NCBI GenBank assembly: GCA_046290465.1
Contig: JBKAGP010000001.1
Location: forward strand, 5,632,001 to 5,696,000
From: Planctomycetota bacterium
Lineage (GTDB): Bacteria; Planctomycetota; UBA1135; UBA2386
Direction: 5' to 3'
DNA: 64,000 nt
The position numbers and the translations under genes are program-made. Below are positions 35,979-44,860 of the stretch, in pieces (the first letter of the stretch is position 1; each line of letters begins with the position of its first letter). The notes beneath the pieces are model-generated. The model did no database searches, had not been told where the DNA came from, and saw only the letters and a program-made list of their open reading frames with translations.

Positions 35979-36893
35979 ATGGAGTGGCTGAACTACCACC
36001 ATCTGTACTACTTCTGGCACGTCGCCCGCGAGGGCAGCGTCGCGGCAGCCAGCCGGCAGCTGCACGTCGGCCGGCCGGCGATCAGCATGCAGCTGAAGAG
36101 CCTCGAGCAGTTCGTCGGCTCGCCGCTGTTCCATCGTCGCGGCCGCCACATGGAGCTGACCAAGACGGGCGAGACGGTGCTGACCTACGCCGACGACATC
36201 TTTGCGACCGGCCGCGAACTGGTCGACGTGCTGCGCGGCCGACCGACCGGGCGCCCGCAGCGGTTCCGCATCGGCATCGCCGACGTGATGGCCAAGATCG
36301 TCGCGTTCCAGCTGCTGCTGCCGGCGCTCGACGCCGACTCGCAGACCGTGCTCGAGTGCCGCGAGGACGAACCGCAGCGGCTGTTCGCGCAGCTGGCCGT
36401 GCACGAACTGGACCTGGTGCTGTCCGACATGCCGATGGCGCCCGGCCTCGACGTGTCGGCCTTCAGCCACGTCGTCGGCGAGTCGAACACGACGCTGTTC
36501 GCGACCCGGGAGCTGGCCGAGCAGCTGCTGCCGGGCTTCCCCGACTCGCTCGACGGGGCGCCGTTCCTGATGCCGTCGACGACCGCGGCGATCCGCAAGT
36601 CGCTCGAACACTGGCTCGAACAACGCGACCTGCGCCCGTCGGTGGTCGCCGAGTTCGAGGACGCGGCGTTGATGAAGGTGTTCGGCCAGGCCGGCCGCGG
36701 CGCGTTCTCCGGACCGACCGTGGTCGCGGCGCAGATCTGCGCCAACTACTCGGTCGTGCCGATCGGCGTGCTCGAGGGCGTGCGCGAGCGCTACTACGCG
36801 ATCTCGCCCGAACGGAAGATCCGCCACCCGGGCGTCGCTCGGATCGTCGAGAGCGCCAAGGAGGGCATCTTCGCCGGCGGCGCTGCGTCCTGA
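35979..36893 (+). CDS. nhaR: LysR-family regulator, NhaR-like
   Basis: LNYHHLYYFWHVAREGSV, EFEDAALMKVFG and YYAISPERKIRHP, characteristic of NhaR. Confidence 0.85.
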   Translation: MEWLNYHHLYYFWHVAREGSVAAASRQLHVGRPAISMQLKSLEQFVGSPLFHRRGRHMELTKTGETVLTYADDIFATGRELVDVLRGRPTGRPQRFRIGIADVMAKIVAFQLLLPALDADSQTVLECREDEPQRLFAQLAVHELDLVLSDMPMAPGLDVSAFSHVVGESNTTLFATRELAEQLLPGFPDSLDGAPFLMPSTTAAIRKSLEHWLEQRDLRPSVVAEFEDAALMKVFGQAGRGAFSGPTVVAAQICANYSVVPIGVLEGVRERYYAISPERKIRHPGVARIVESAKEGIFAGGAAS

Positions 36894-36903
36894 CGCGATC
36901 GCG

Positions 36904-37953
36904 TCAGCGCACGGCGGGCTCGCGCACCAGCTGCGCCAGCGCGCGCACCCACGGCCGTTCGGCGTTGACGCACGGCACCGCCAGCAGGTCCTCGCCGCCG
37001 GCCGCGACGAACGTCTGCTTCGCCTGCATGCCGATCTCCTCGATGGTCTCGAGGCAGTCGGCGACGAACGACGGGCACAGCACCGCCAGCCGCCGCGTGC
37101 CTTCGCCGGGCAGCTGCTCGAGGCGCACGTCGGTGAACGGCTGGATCCACTTGCGGGTCAGCCGCGACTGGAACGCGACCTCGTAGTCGTCGTCGCCGAG
37201 GCCGAGCCGTTCGGCCACGCCGCGCGCGGTGGCGTAGCACTGCGCGCGGTAGCAGAACCGGTTGGCGTGCGTGATCGTGCCGCAGCAGTCCTGCTGCTGG
37301 AGGCAGTGGCTGCCGCTCGTGTCGCTCTTCTGCACGTGCTTCTCGGGCAGGCCGTGGAAGCTCATCAGGACGCGGTCGGCGCCGAACGCGTCGAGGTGCG
37401 GGCGCGAGACCTCGGCGACCGCGTCGAGGAACGCCGCGTGCTCGAAGAACGGCGGCACGAAGCGCAGGTTGGGCGTGTTCTGCATGCGGCCGGCGACGCG
37501 CACGACCTCGTCGTACGCCGACGCCCACGCGGCCTGCGAGTACTGCGGGAACAGCGGCACGACCACGACGTCGTCGACCCCGTGCGTCGCCAGCTCCGCG
37601 AGCGCCGCCGTCACCGACGGGTTCTGGTAGCGCATCGCCAGGGCGACGCGCACGTCGGGGCCAAGTTCGTCCTGCAGGTTGGTGACGAGGTCCTGGCCGT
37701 GGAACAGCAGCGGCGAGCCGCGTTCGGTCCAGACCTTCCGGTAGGCCTCGGCCGACTTCGCCGGCCGGGTGCGCAGGATGATGCCGTGCACCAGTGCGGC
37801 CCGGCCGAGCCAGGGGATGTCGATGACGCGCGGGTCCATCAAGAACTGCGCGAGGTAGCGACGCACGTCGGCGACCTCGGTCGAGTCGGGGGTGCCGAGG
37901 TTGACGAGCAGGACGCCGGTCGGGCGTCGGTCGGGGGTGGCGGTGGCCGTCAT
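36904..37953 (-). CDS. hemH: Ferrochelatase
   Basis: LLVNLGTPD, PLFPQYS, SFHGLP, FQSR and FVADCLETIEE motifs. Confidence 0.96.
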   Translation of the reverse strand: MTATATPDRRPTGVLLVNLGTPDSTEVADVRRYLAQFLMDPRVIDIPWLGRAALVHGIILRTRPAKSAEAYRKVWTERGSPLLFHGQDLVTNLQDELGPDVRVALAMRYQNPSVTAALAELATHGVDDVVVVPLFPQYSQAAWASAYDEVVRVAGRMQNTPNLRFVPPFFEHAAFLDAVAEVSRPHLDAFGADRVLMSFHGLPEKHVQKSDTSGSHCLQQQDCCGTITHANRFCYRAQCYATARGVAERLGLGDDDYEVAFQSRLTRKWIQPFTDVRLEQLPGEGTRRLAVLCPSFVADCLETIEEIGMQAKQTFVAAGGEDLLAVPCVNAERPWVRALAQLVREPAVR

Positions 37954-38789
37954 CGTTGGTTGCACAAGATCGAGTAGCCCGCGCGGAAGTCGGGCACGTC
38001 CGGTTCGAACCCGCTGTCGCGCAGGCGGGTGTTGCGGCAGCGCTTGTCGCCGCCGCGGCCGGCGAACGAATCGCTCGGCGCCGGCAGCGCGACCCCGAGC
38101 CGTTCGGCGAGCCAAGCGTAGACCTCGCGCAGGTCGGCCGGCTCGTCGTCGACGACGACGTCGACCGGGTCGGGGTCGGCCAGGGTGAGCGCATGCACGA
38201 TCGCCTTCGCGCCGTCGTCGCGCCAGATGCGGTTGCCGTGCACGGCGCGCCGCGGCGGCGCCGCCTCGCCGCTGGCGATGCGGTCGAGCAGCCGGGTCCG
38301 TCCCGGGCCGTAGATGCCGGCGAAGCGCAGCGCGACCGAATGGAACGGGCCGCCGGCGAACACGGCTTCGCCGTCGAGCACGGCGCGGCCGCGGAAGTCC
38401 GCGGGCGAGGTCGCGGTCGCCTCGTCGACGTCGGCGCCGTCGGTGCGGTGCCAGACGCTGGTGCTGCCGACCAGGACGGCGCGCTGCACCGGATCGCCGC
38501 GCTGCGCCAGGAAGTCGAGCAGGCGGGCCGGCCCGTCGACGTAGGCGCGGCGATAGCCTTGTTCGTCGGACGTCGGCGACATCGCCCAGACGACCGCGTC
38601 GAGCCGCGGCGGCAGGGCCGAGAGGTCGTCGTCGAGCAGGTCGATCGCGACCGACGTGGCCCCTTCGGGCAGCCGGACCGCCGTGCGCCGCACGCCGAAC
38701 ACCTCGTCGCCGCGGCGCCGCAGCAGCGCGGCGGTGGCCGCGCCGACGTAGCCGCACCCGGCGATCAGCACGCGCGCGCGGCCGTTCAT
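37950..38789 (-). CDS. Atypical SDR / NAD(P)-dependent epimerase-family protein (YeeZ-like)
   Basis: GCGYVG Rossmann motif, LRFAGIYGPGR, NRIWRDD. Overlaps both neighbours by 4 bp. Confidence 0.85.
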   Translation of the reverse strand: MNGRARVLIAGCGYVGAATAALLRRRGDEVFGVRRTAVRLPEGATSVAIDLLDDDLSALPPRLDAVVWAMSPTSDEQGYRRAYVDGPARLLDFLAQRGDPVQRAVLVGSTSVWHRTDGADVDEATATSPADFRGRAVLDGEAVFAGGPFHSVALRFAGIYGPGRTRLLDRIASGEAAPPRRAVHGNRIWRDDGAKAIVHALTLADPDPVDVVVDDEPADLREVYAWLAERLGVALPAPSDSFAGRGGDKRCRNTRLRDSGFEPDVPDFRAGYSILCNQR

Positions 38790-40117
38790 GGCGTGCTCCC
38801 TTCGGCGGACCACTGGCCGACGACCGAGACCTTGCGGTAGCCGGCGCCGCGCAGCGACAGGCCGCGGTGCTGCGACAGCCGTTCGGCGATCGCGCGCAGC
38901 CGCGCGGTGTGGCCGCGCACGTACTGCGGGATCGCGTTGCGGGCGCGCGACACGTAGCGCAGCGACGGCGCGCGGTCGATGCCGAGCAGGTCCTGCAGCA
39001 CGGTGGTCGCCTGCCGCATCAGGCTGTCGTCGCTGCGTTCGACCTCGTGGGGGTGCGCGAAGCCGCCGGACATGACGCGGAACAGCGTGTGCCCGTCCGG
39101 GGCCTGGTGCGGGAACACCGACGACGTGAAGATCGCGCCGAGCACCGGATCGAGTTCGCGCTGCGGCGCCAGAAAGCCGAACCCGGTGGCGTGCTCCGGC
39201 ACCGCGTCCCGTTCGAAGCCGATGTAGGTGCTGGCGACCGACGCCGACGGAACCTCGGCGAGCACGTCGCTGAGCTGCTGGTCGAGCGGCAGCAGCAGGC
39301 GCGCGGCCTGGGCCGGCGGTGCCGTGATGCAGACCTGCGGTGCCGAGAACTGCTGGCGATCGCCGTGCACCAGGTAGCCGTCGCCGCTGGGCGCGACGGC
39401 GCGCACCGGCGCATCGGTCCGCACGCGGTCGCCGAGCCGGCTGGCGAGCGTCTCGACGCTGTGCTGCATGCCGCGTCCGAACGTGCACACGACCGGCCGT
39501 TGGGGCACGCCGGCGGCGCGGCGGGCCCGGCTGCGCGCGGCCATGCCGCGGAACAGGCTGCCGTGCTCGCGCTCGAGGTCGGTCGCGATCGGCAGCGTCG
39601 CCGCGATCTCGAGCTGGTGCGCGTCGCCGGCGTAGATGCCGTGCATCATCGCCTCGGCGATCGGCACCGCGGCCCGCCCGAAGCGCCGCCGCACGAAGCC
39701 GGCGACCGACTCGCCGGCTGCACTGCTGCTGCGCACGCGCGGCTCCCACAGCAGCCGCAGCTTGCCGGCGGTCGACAGCAGCCGCGAGCGCAGCAGCGCG
39801 CCGGGCCTGCCGGGCAGCTGGTGCAGCCGCCCGCCGCGTACGACCAGGCGGCGCAGCGCCGCGTTCGAGCAACGCACGACGTCCGCCATCAGCCCGGTCC
39901 GTTCGAGGAACGCGTCGACCTCGTCGTCCGGTCGGAAGCCCTGGGGTCCGAGCTCCAGCTGGAAGCCGTCGACGTGGTGCGTCTGGACCCAGCCGCCGAC
40001 GCGGGGCGCGGCCTCGAGCACGCACACGCGCAGTTCGGGCTGGCGCTGCAGCCGCCAGAACGCGTGCCCGAGGCCCGCGGGGCCGCCGCCGATCACGATC
40101 AGGTCGAAGTCCGACAT
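38786..40117 (-). CDS. hemY: Protoporphyrinogen oxidase (HemY type)
   Basis: GGGPAGL FAD motif, ELGPQGF, GIYAGD, GFGFLAP and AIPQY. Confidence 0.92.
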   Translation of the reverse strand: MSDFDLIVIGGGPAGLGHAFWRLQRQPELRVCVLEAAPRVGGWVQTHHVDGFQLELGPQGFRPDDEVDAFLERTGLMADVVRCSNAALRRLVVRGGRLHQLPGRPGALLRSRLLSTAGKLRLLWEPRVRSSSAAGESVAGFVRRRFGRAAVPIAEAMMHGIYAGDAHQLEIAATLPIATDLEREHGSLFRGMAARSRARRAAGVPQRPVVCTFGRGMQHSVETLASRLGDRVRTDAPVRAVAPSGDGYLVHGDRQQFSAPQVCITAPPAQAARLLLPLDQQLSDVLAEVPSASVASTYIGFERDAVPEHATGFGFLAPQRELDPVLGAIFTSSVFPHQAPDGHTLFRVMSGGFAHPHEVERSDDSLMRQATTVLQDLLGIDRAPSLRYVSRARNAIPQYVRGHTARLRAIAERLSQHRGLSLRGAGYRKVSVVGQWSAEGSTP

Positions 40118-40133
40118 CCGTGCGCCGCGGCCC

Positions 40134-41513
40134 TCACACCGTCCGCGAGAACTTCGGGCCGTCGCCGCCGGCCTGCTGGCCGGGCAGGTACGCGTCGAAC
40201 GCCATCGCCAGGTTGCGGATCAGCAGCTTGCCGGTGTCGGCGACGTGCAGGCCGGCTTCGTCGATCGTCAGCAGGCCGTCGTCGGCCATCGGTTGCAGCC
40301 GCTCGAGCGCGTCGGCGTAGGTCGAGCGGAATGCGTCACGGCCGCCGTGGTCGTCGTAGTCGAGCGCGAACCGGCACATCAGGTCGAGGATGATGCGGCG
40401 GCGCCGCTCGTCGTCTTCGCTGCGCCGGTGGCCGCGCTGCGTCGGCAGCTCGCCGCGTTCGATCGCCTCGCGCCACGCCTTGACCTCCTTGAGGTTCTGC
40501 GTGAACGCGCCGTCGACCTCGCCGATCGACGTGACGCCGAAGCTGAGCATGTCCTCGGCCGGCCGGGTCGTGTAGCCCATGAAGTTGCGGTGCAGCTTGC
40601 CGGCGTGGGCCGCGACGCACAGTTCGTCGGTGGTCCGCGCGAAGTGGTCCATGCCGATCGCCTCCATGCCGTCGTCGACCAGCGCCTCGAGTGCCTGCCG
40701 GAACAGCGCCTGCTTCTCGGCGCCGGTCGGCATCGCGTCCTCGGGCATCAGCTGCTGGTGCTTCTTCAGCCACGGCACGTGCGCGTAGCTGTAGCAGGCG
40801 ATGCGATCGGGCCGCAGCCTTGCGACCTGTTCGAGCGTGGCGGCGAAGCCGTCGGAGTTCTGGTAGGGCAGGCCGTAGACCAGGTCGAGGTTGACCGAGT
40901 CGAAGCCGAGTTCGCGCGCCTGCTCGACCAGCAGCCGGGTCGTCTCGAACGACTGCACCCGGTGGATCGCCTCCTGGACCTTCGGGTCGAAGTCCTGCAC
41001 GCCCATGCTGATCCGGTGGAAGCCGACCGCGGCGAGCGCCTCGAGGTGGGCGCGCGTGGTGACGCGCGGATCGACCTCGATGCTGACCTCGGCGCCGTCC
41101 TGCAGCGGGAACCGTTCGCACAGGCCTTCGAACAGCCGGCGGCACTGCTCGGGCGGCAGGAACGTCGGCGTGCCGCCGCCCCAGTGGTGCTGCACGACGC
41201 GGCGGTCGGTCTCGCCGAGGTGCTTCTCGACCAGGTCGGCCTCCTGCAGCACCGTGTCGACGTAGCTCCGCGCCTTGTCGCGATCCTGCGTGATCACGAC
41301 GCTGCAGGCGCAGTACCAGCACATGCTCTCGCAGTACGGGACGTGCACGTACAGCGACAGCGGCTCGTCGCCGCGGGCGCCGGCGGCGGCGAGTCGCTGC
41401 CGGTAGTCGTCGGGGCCGAACGCGTCGCTCCAGACCGGCGCGGTCGGGTACGACGTGTAGCGCGGACCCGGGCGGTCGTAGCGTTCGAGCAGTTCGCGGT
41501 CGATCGTGCGCAT
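40134..41513 (-). CDS. hemN: Oxygen-independent coproporphyrinogen III oxidase
   Basis: GPRYTSYP, CESMCWYC radical-SAM motif, HWGGGTP, RNFMGY and C-terminal FSRTV. Confidence 0.96.
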   Translation of the reverse strand: MRTIDRELLERYDRPGPRYTSYPTAPVWSDAFGPDDYRQRLAAAGARGDEPLSLYVHVPYCESMCWYCACSVVITQDRDKARSYVDTVLQEADLVEKHLGETDRRVVQHHWGGGTPTFLPPEQCRRLFEGLCERFPLQDGAEVSIEVDPRVTTRAHLEALAAVGFHRISMGVQDFDPKVQEAIHRVQSFETTRLLVEQARELGFDSVNLDLVYGLPYQNSDGFAATLEQVARLRPDRIACYSYAHVPWLKKHQQLMPEDAMPTGAEKQALFRQALEALVDDGMEAIGMDHFARTTDELCVAAHAGKLHRNFMGYTTRPAEDMLSFGVTSIGEVDGAFTQNLKEVKAWREAIERGELPTQRGHRRSEDDERRRRIILDLMCRFALDYDDHGGRDAFRSTYADALERLQPMADDGLLTIDEAGLHVADTGKLLIRNLAMAFDAYLPGQQAGGDGPKFSRTV

Positions 41514-41518
41514 GCTTG

Positions 41519-42574
41519 CTACTCCATCCGGGCCGCTTCGAGCACCGTGTGCAGGCTGTCGGGGTCGGTCTGCGGCAGCACGCCGTGGCCGAGGTTGAAG
41601 ATGTGGCCCCGGCGGCCGGCGCCCGCGCAGATGCGGCGCACGCGCTGCATCAGGTCGTCGCGCTGGCAGAACAGGGCGGTCGGGTCGAGGTTGCCCTGCA
41701 GGGCCTTGCCGTTGCCGACGCGCTCGCGGAACGAGCCGAGGTCGTGGCGCCAGTCGACCGCGAGCACGTCGGCGCACGAACGTTGCATCGCGGCAAGGTG
41801 CTGGAACGCGCCGTTGACGTAGTCGATCGCCAGCGCGTCGGCCTCCTTGGCGGTGCGCAGCAGCCGTTCGCTGGCGGGCGCGGCGAAGCGCTCGTAGCTG
41901 TCCTGGTCGAGCACGGACGCCCAGCTGTCGAACACCTGGATGCCGTCGCAGCCGTTGCGGACCAGCGCGCGCACCAGCGGCTCGAGGCAGTCGGCGATGC
42001 GCGCGAGCAGCCGTTCGAACCGTTCGGGATGCTGGTGCATCATGCGCCGCGTCTTGCTCCAGTCCTTGCTGCCGCGGCCCTCGGTCAGGTAGCACGCCAT
42101 CGTGAACGGCGCGCCGACGAAGCCGAGCACGGCCTTGTCGGCGGGCAGCGCGGTGCGCACCTTGCGCGCGGTGGCGAGCATCGGCGCGAGGTCGACGTCG
42201 GGGTCTGGGACCTTCAGCGCCTCGACGTCGGCGTCGGACTCGACCGTGCGCTGCAGCACGGGGCCCGGCTCGTAGTCGAGGCCGATGCCCATCGGCGGCA
42301 CCGGCACCAGCAGGTCGGTGAACAGGATCGCGGCGTCGAGGTCGTAGCGGCGCAGCGGCTGCAGCGTGACCTCGCAGGCGGCGTCCGGCGTGTTGCACAG
42401 CTCGAGGAACGACATCGTGCTGCGCAGCTCGCGGTACTCGGGCAGGTAGCGGCCGGCCTGGCGCATGATCCACGCCGGCCGCCGCGACGGCTCGTCCCCG
42501 CGCGCGGCCGCCACGAACGGCGCGTCCTGCGAGGCGCGCTGCCAGCCGGCCTCTTCGAAGGTCTGCATGTTCAT
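41519..42574 (-). CDS. hemE: Uroporphyrinogen decarboxylase
   Basis: WIMRQAGRYLPEY, QVFDSW, QGNLDP and FNLGHG motifs. Confidence 0.96.
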   Translation of the reverse strand: MNMQTFEEAGWQRASQDAPFVAAARGDEPSRRPAWIMRQAGRYLPEYRELRSTMSFLELCNTPDAACEVTLQPLRRYDLDAAILFTDLLVPVPPMGIGLDYEPGPVLQRTVESDADVEALKVPDPDVDLAPMLATARKVRTALPADKAVLGFVGAPFTMACYLTEGRGSKDWSKTRRMMHQHPERFERLLARIADCLEPLVRALVRNGCDGIQVFDSWASVLDQDSYERFAAPASERLLRTAKEADALAIDYVNGAFQHLAAMQRSCADVLAVDWRHDLGSFRERVGNGKALQGNLDPTALFCQRDDLMQRVRRICAGAGRRGHIFNLGHGVLPQTDPDSLHTVLEAARME

Positions 42575-43869
42575 GCCAGCGCCTCCCGCAGCGAGGTCGT
42601 GAACACCTCGACGGCGCGATCGATGTCGTGCTCGGTGTGCGCCGTCGACAGGAAGCCGACCTCGTAGGCGCTCGGCGCCAGGTGCACGCCGCGCTGCAGG
42701 CACGCGTGGAAGAACTTCGCGTAGGGCTCGGCGCACGACGCCGGGATCCGGTCGGCGCGGCGCGGCGGCTCGTCCTGCGAGAACGAGAACCAGAACAGCG
42801 AACCCTTGCGCACCATGCGCACCGGCAGGTCCTCGTCGCAGAGCACCTTCTCGACGCCGTCCTGCAGCCGCTGGCCGAGCGCCTCGAGCCGTCGGTGCAC
42901 CTCGCCGTCGGCGAGTTCGGAGATCTGCGCGAGGCCGGCGGCCATCGCCAGCGGGTTTCCGGACAGCGTGCCGGCGTGGTAGGCCTTGCCGAGCGGCGCC
43001 AGGTGCGACATCACCTCGGCGGGGCCGCCGAACGCCGCGCACGGCAGGCCGCCGCCGAGGATCTTGCCGAACGCGACCAGGTCCGGCTCGATGCCGTAGT
43101 GGGCCGCGGCGCCGCCAGGGCCGACGCGGAAGCCGCTGATGACCTCGTCGAACAGCAGCAGCGCGCCGTGCTCGTCGCACAGCTCGCGCAGCAGCTGCAG
43201 GAACTCCTTGCGCTGCAGCAGCAGGCCGTTGTTGGCCGGGATCGGTTCGATCGCGATGACCGCGACCTCGTGGCCGCATGCCTTCATCAGTTCGCGGATC
43301 GCGTGCTCGTCGTCGAGCGGCACGACGCTGGTCAGTCCGGCGACCTCGCTCGGCACGCCGGCCGACGAAGGCTCGCCGAACGTGATCGCGCCCGAGCCGG
43401 CGGCGACCAGCATCGCGTCGCAGTGGCCGTGGTAGCAGCCGTCGAACTTGACGATGCGCGAACGGCCGGTCGCGGCGCGCGCCAGCCGCAGCGCGGACTG
43501 CGCCGCTTCGGTGCCCGACGACGTGAAGCGCACCCGTTCGGCCGTCGGGTAGCAGCGGCGCACCAGCTCGGCCAGCTCGAGTTCGCCGAGGTGGGGGGCG
43601 CCGTAGGTGGTGCCGCGCGTGACCTGCGCCGCGATCGCCTCGGTGACCTTGGGGTAGGCGTGGCCGAGGATCAGCGGACCCCACGACATCACGAAGTCGA
43701 GGTAGGTGTTGCCGTCGACGTCGGTCAGCTGCGCGCCCTCGGCGCGGTCGACGAACAGCGGCGTGCCGCCGACGGCGCGGAACGCGCGCACCGGGGACGA
43801 GACGCCGCCGGGCATCGCCTGCAGCGCGCGTTCGAACAGTTCTTGGGAGCGGGAGGTGGCGTTGCTCAT
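42571..43869 (-). CDS. hemL: Glutamate-1-semialdehyde 2,1-aminomutase
   Basis: PGGVSSPVRAF, SWGPLILGH, FDEVISGFR and GTLSGNP motifs. Confidence 0.96.
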   Translation of the reverse strand: MSNATSRSQELFERALQAMPGGVSSPVRAFRAVGGTPLFVDRAEGAQLTDVDGNTYLDFVMSWGPLILGHAYPKVTEAIAAQVTRGTTYGAPHLGELELAELVRRCYPTAERVRFTSSGTEAAQSALRLARAATGRSRIVKFDGCYHGHCDAMLVAAGSGAITFGEPSSAGVPSEVAGLTSVVPLDDEHAIRELMKACGHEVAVIAIEPIPANNGLLLQRKEFLQLLRELCDEHGALLLFDEVISGFRVGPGGAAAHYGIEPDLVAFGKILGGGLPCAAFGGPAEVMSHLAPLGKAYHAGTLSGNPLAMAAGLAQISELADGEVHRRLEALGQRLQDGVEKVLCDEDLPVRMVRKGSLFWFSFSQDEPPRRADRIPASCAEPYAKFFHACLQRGVHLAPSAYEVGFLSTAHTEHDIDRAVEVFTTSLREALA

Positions 43870-43873
43870 GTGC

Positions 43874-44860
43874 TCAGTCGAGCCAGCCCTCGCGCAGCGC
43901 GCGGCGGGCGTGGTAGGTGATCAGGATGTCGGCGCCGGCGCGGCGCACGGCGGTCAGGTGTTCGTGCACCAGCGACGCGCGGTCGGCGAGGCCCTTCTCG
44001 GCCAGCGCCTCGACCGCGGCATACTCGCCGCTCACCAGGTAGGCGGCGACCGGGCGGTCGACGGCGGCGCGCACGGACTGGATCACGTCGAGGTAGGCGA
44101 GCGCCGGCTTGACCATGATCACGTCGGCGCCTTCTTCGACGTCGAGGATCGCTTCGCGCACCGCCTCGCTGCGGTTGCGGTAGTCCATCTGGTAGGTCTT
44201 GCGGTCCTTCGGTCCGCTGCCGCCCTTCGGCGCCGACGCCGCGGCTTCGCGGAACGGCCCGTAGAAGTTCGACGCGTACTTGGCCGCGTAGCTCATGATC
44301 GAGCAATCGGTGAAGCCGTCGTCGTCGAGCGCCTCGCGCAGCGCGAACACCCGGCCGTCCATCATGTCGCTCGGCGCGACCATGTCGGCGCCGGCCTCGG
44401 CCAGCGAGACGGCCTGGCGGGCGAGCAGCGGCAGGCTGTCGTCGTTGCGCACGCGTTCGCCGTCGACGAGGCCGCAGTGGCCGTGGTCGGTGTAGGTGCA
44501 CAGGCAGACGTCGGCGATCACCTGCAGGTCGTCGCCGAAGCGCTGCTTCAGCGCCTGCACGGCGCGCTGCACCGGGCCGTTCGGGTCGTGGCCGGCGCTG
44601 CCGTGCGCGTCCTTGGTGTCGACCACGCCGAACAGCAGCGCCGACGTGATGCCGAGCTCGAGGTCCCGTTCGATCGTGCGCAGCAGCGGTTCGATGCCCT
44701 GCCGCGAGATGCCGGGCAGCGCGTCGACCGCGGTGTCGGCGCGATCGTCGGCGACGACGAAGTGCGGCTGGATCAGGTCGCTCGCGTGCACGCGCGTCTC
44801 GGCGACGAGCTCGCGCACGGCGCGCGACTTGCGCAGACGGCGGGGACGATCGTGGATCAT
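43874..44860 (-). CDS. hemB: Porphobilinogen synthase (Zn type)
   Basis: DVCLCTYTDHGHC, APSDMMDGR, FYGPFREA and MVKP motifs. Confidence 0.96.
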   Translation of the reverse strand: MIHDRPRRLRKSRAVRELVAETRVHASDLIQPHFVVADDRADTAVDALPGISRQGIEPLLRTIERDLELGITSALLFGVVDTKDAHGSAGHDPNGPVQRAVQALKQRFGDDLQVIADVCLCTYTDHGHCGLVDGERVRNDDSLPLLARQAVSLAEAGADMVAPSDMMDGRVFALREALDDDGFTDCSIMSYAAKYASNFYGPFREAAASAPKGGSGPKDRKTYQMDYRNRSEAVREAILDVEEGADVIMVKPALAYLDVIQSVRAAVDRPVAAYLVSGEYAAVEALAEKGLADRASLVHEHLTAVRRAGADILITYHARRALREGWLD

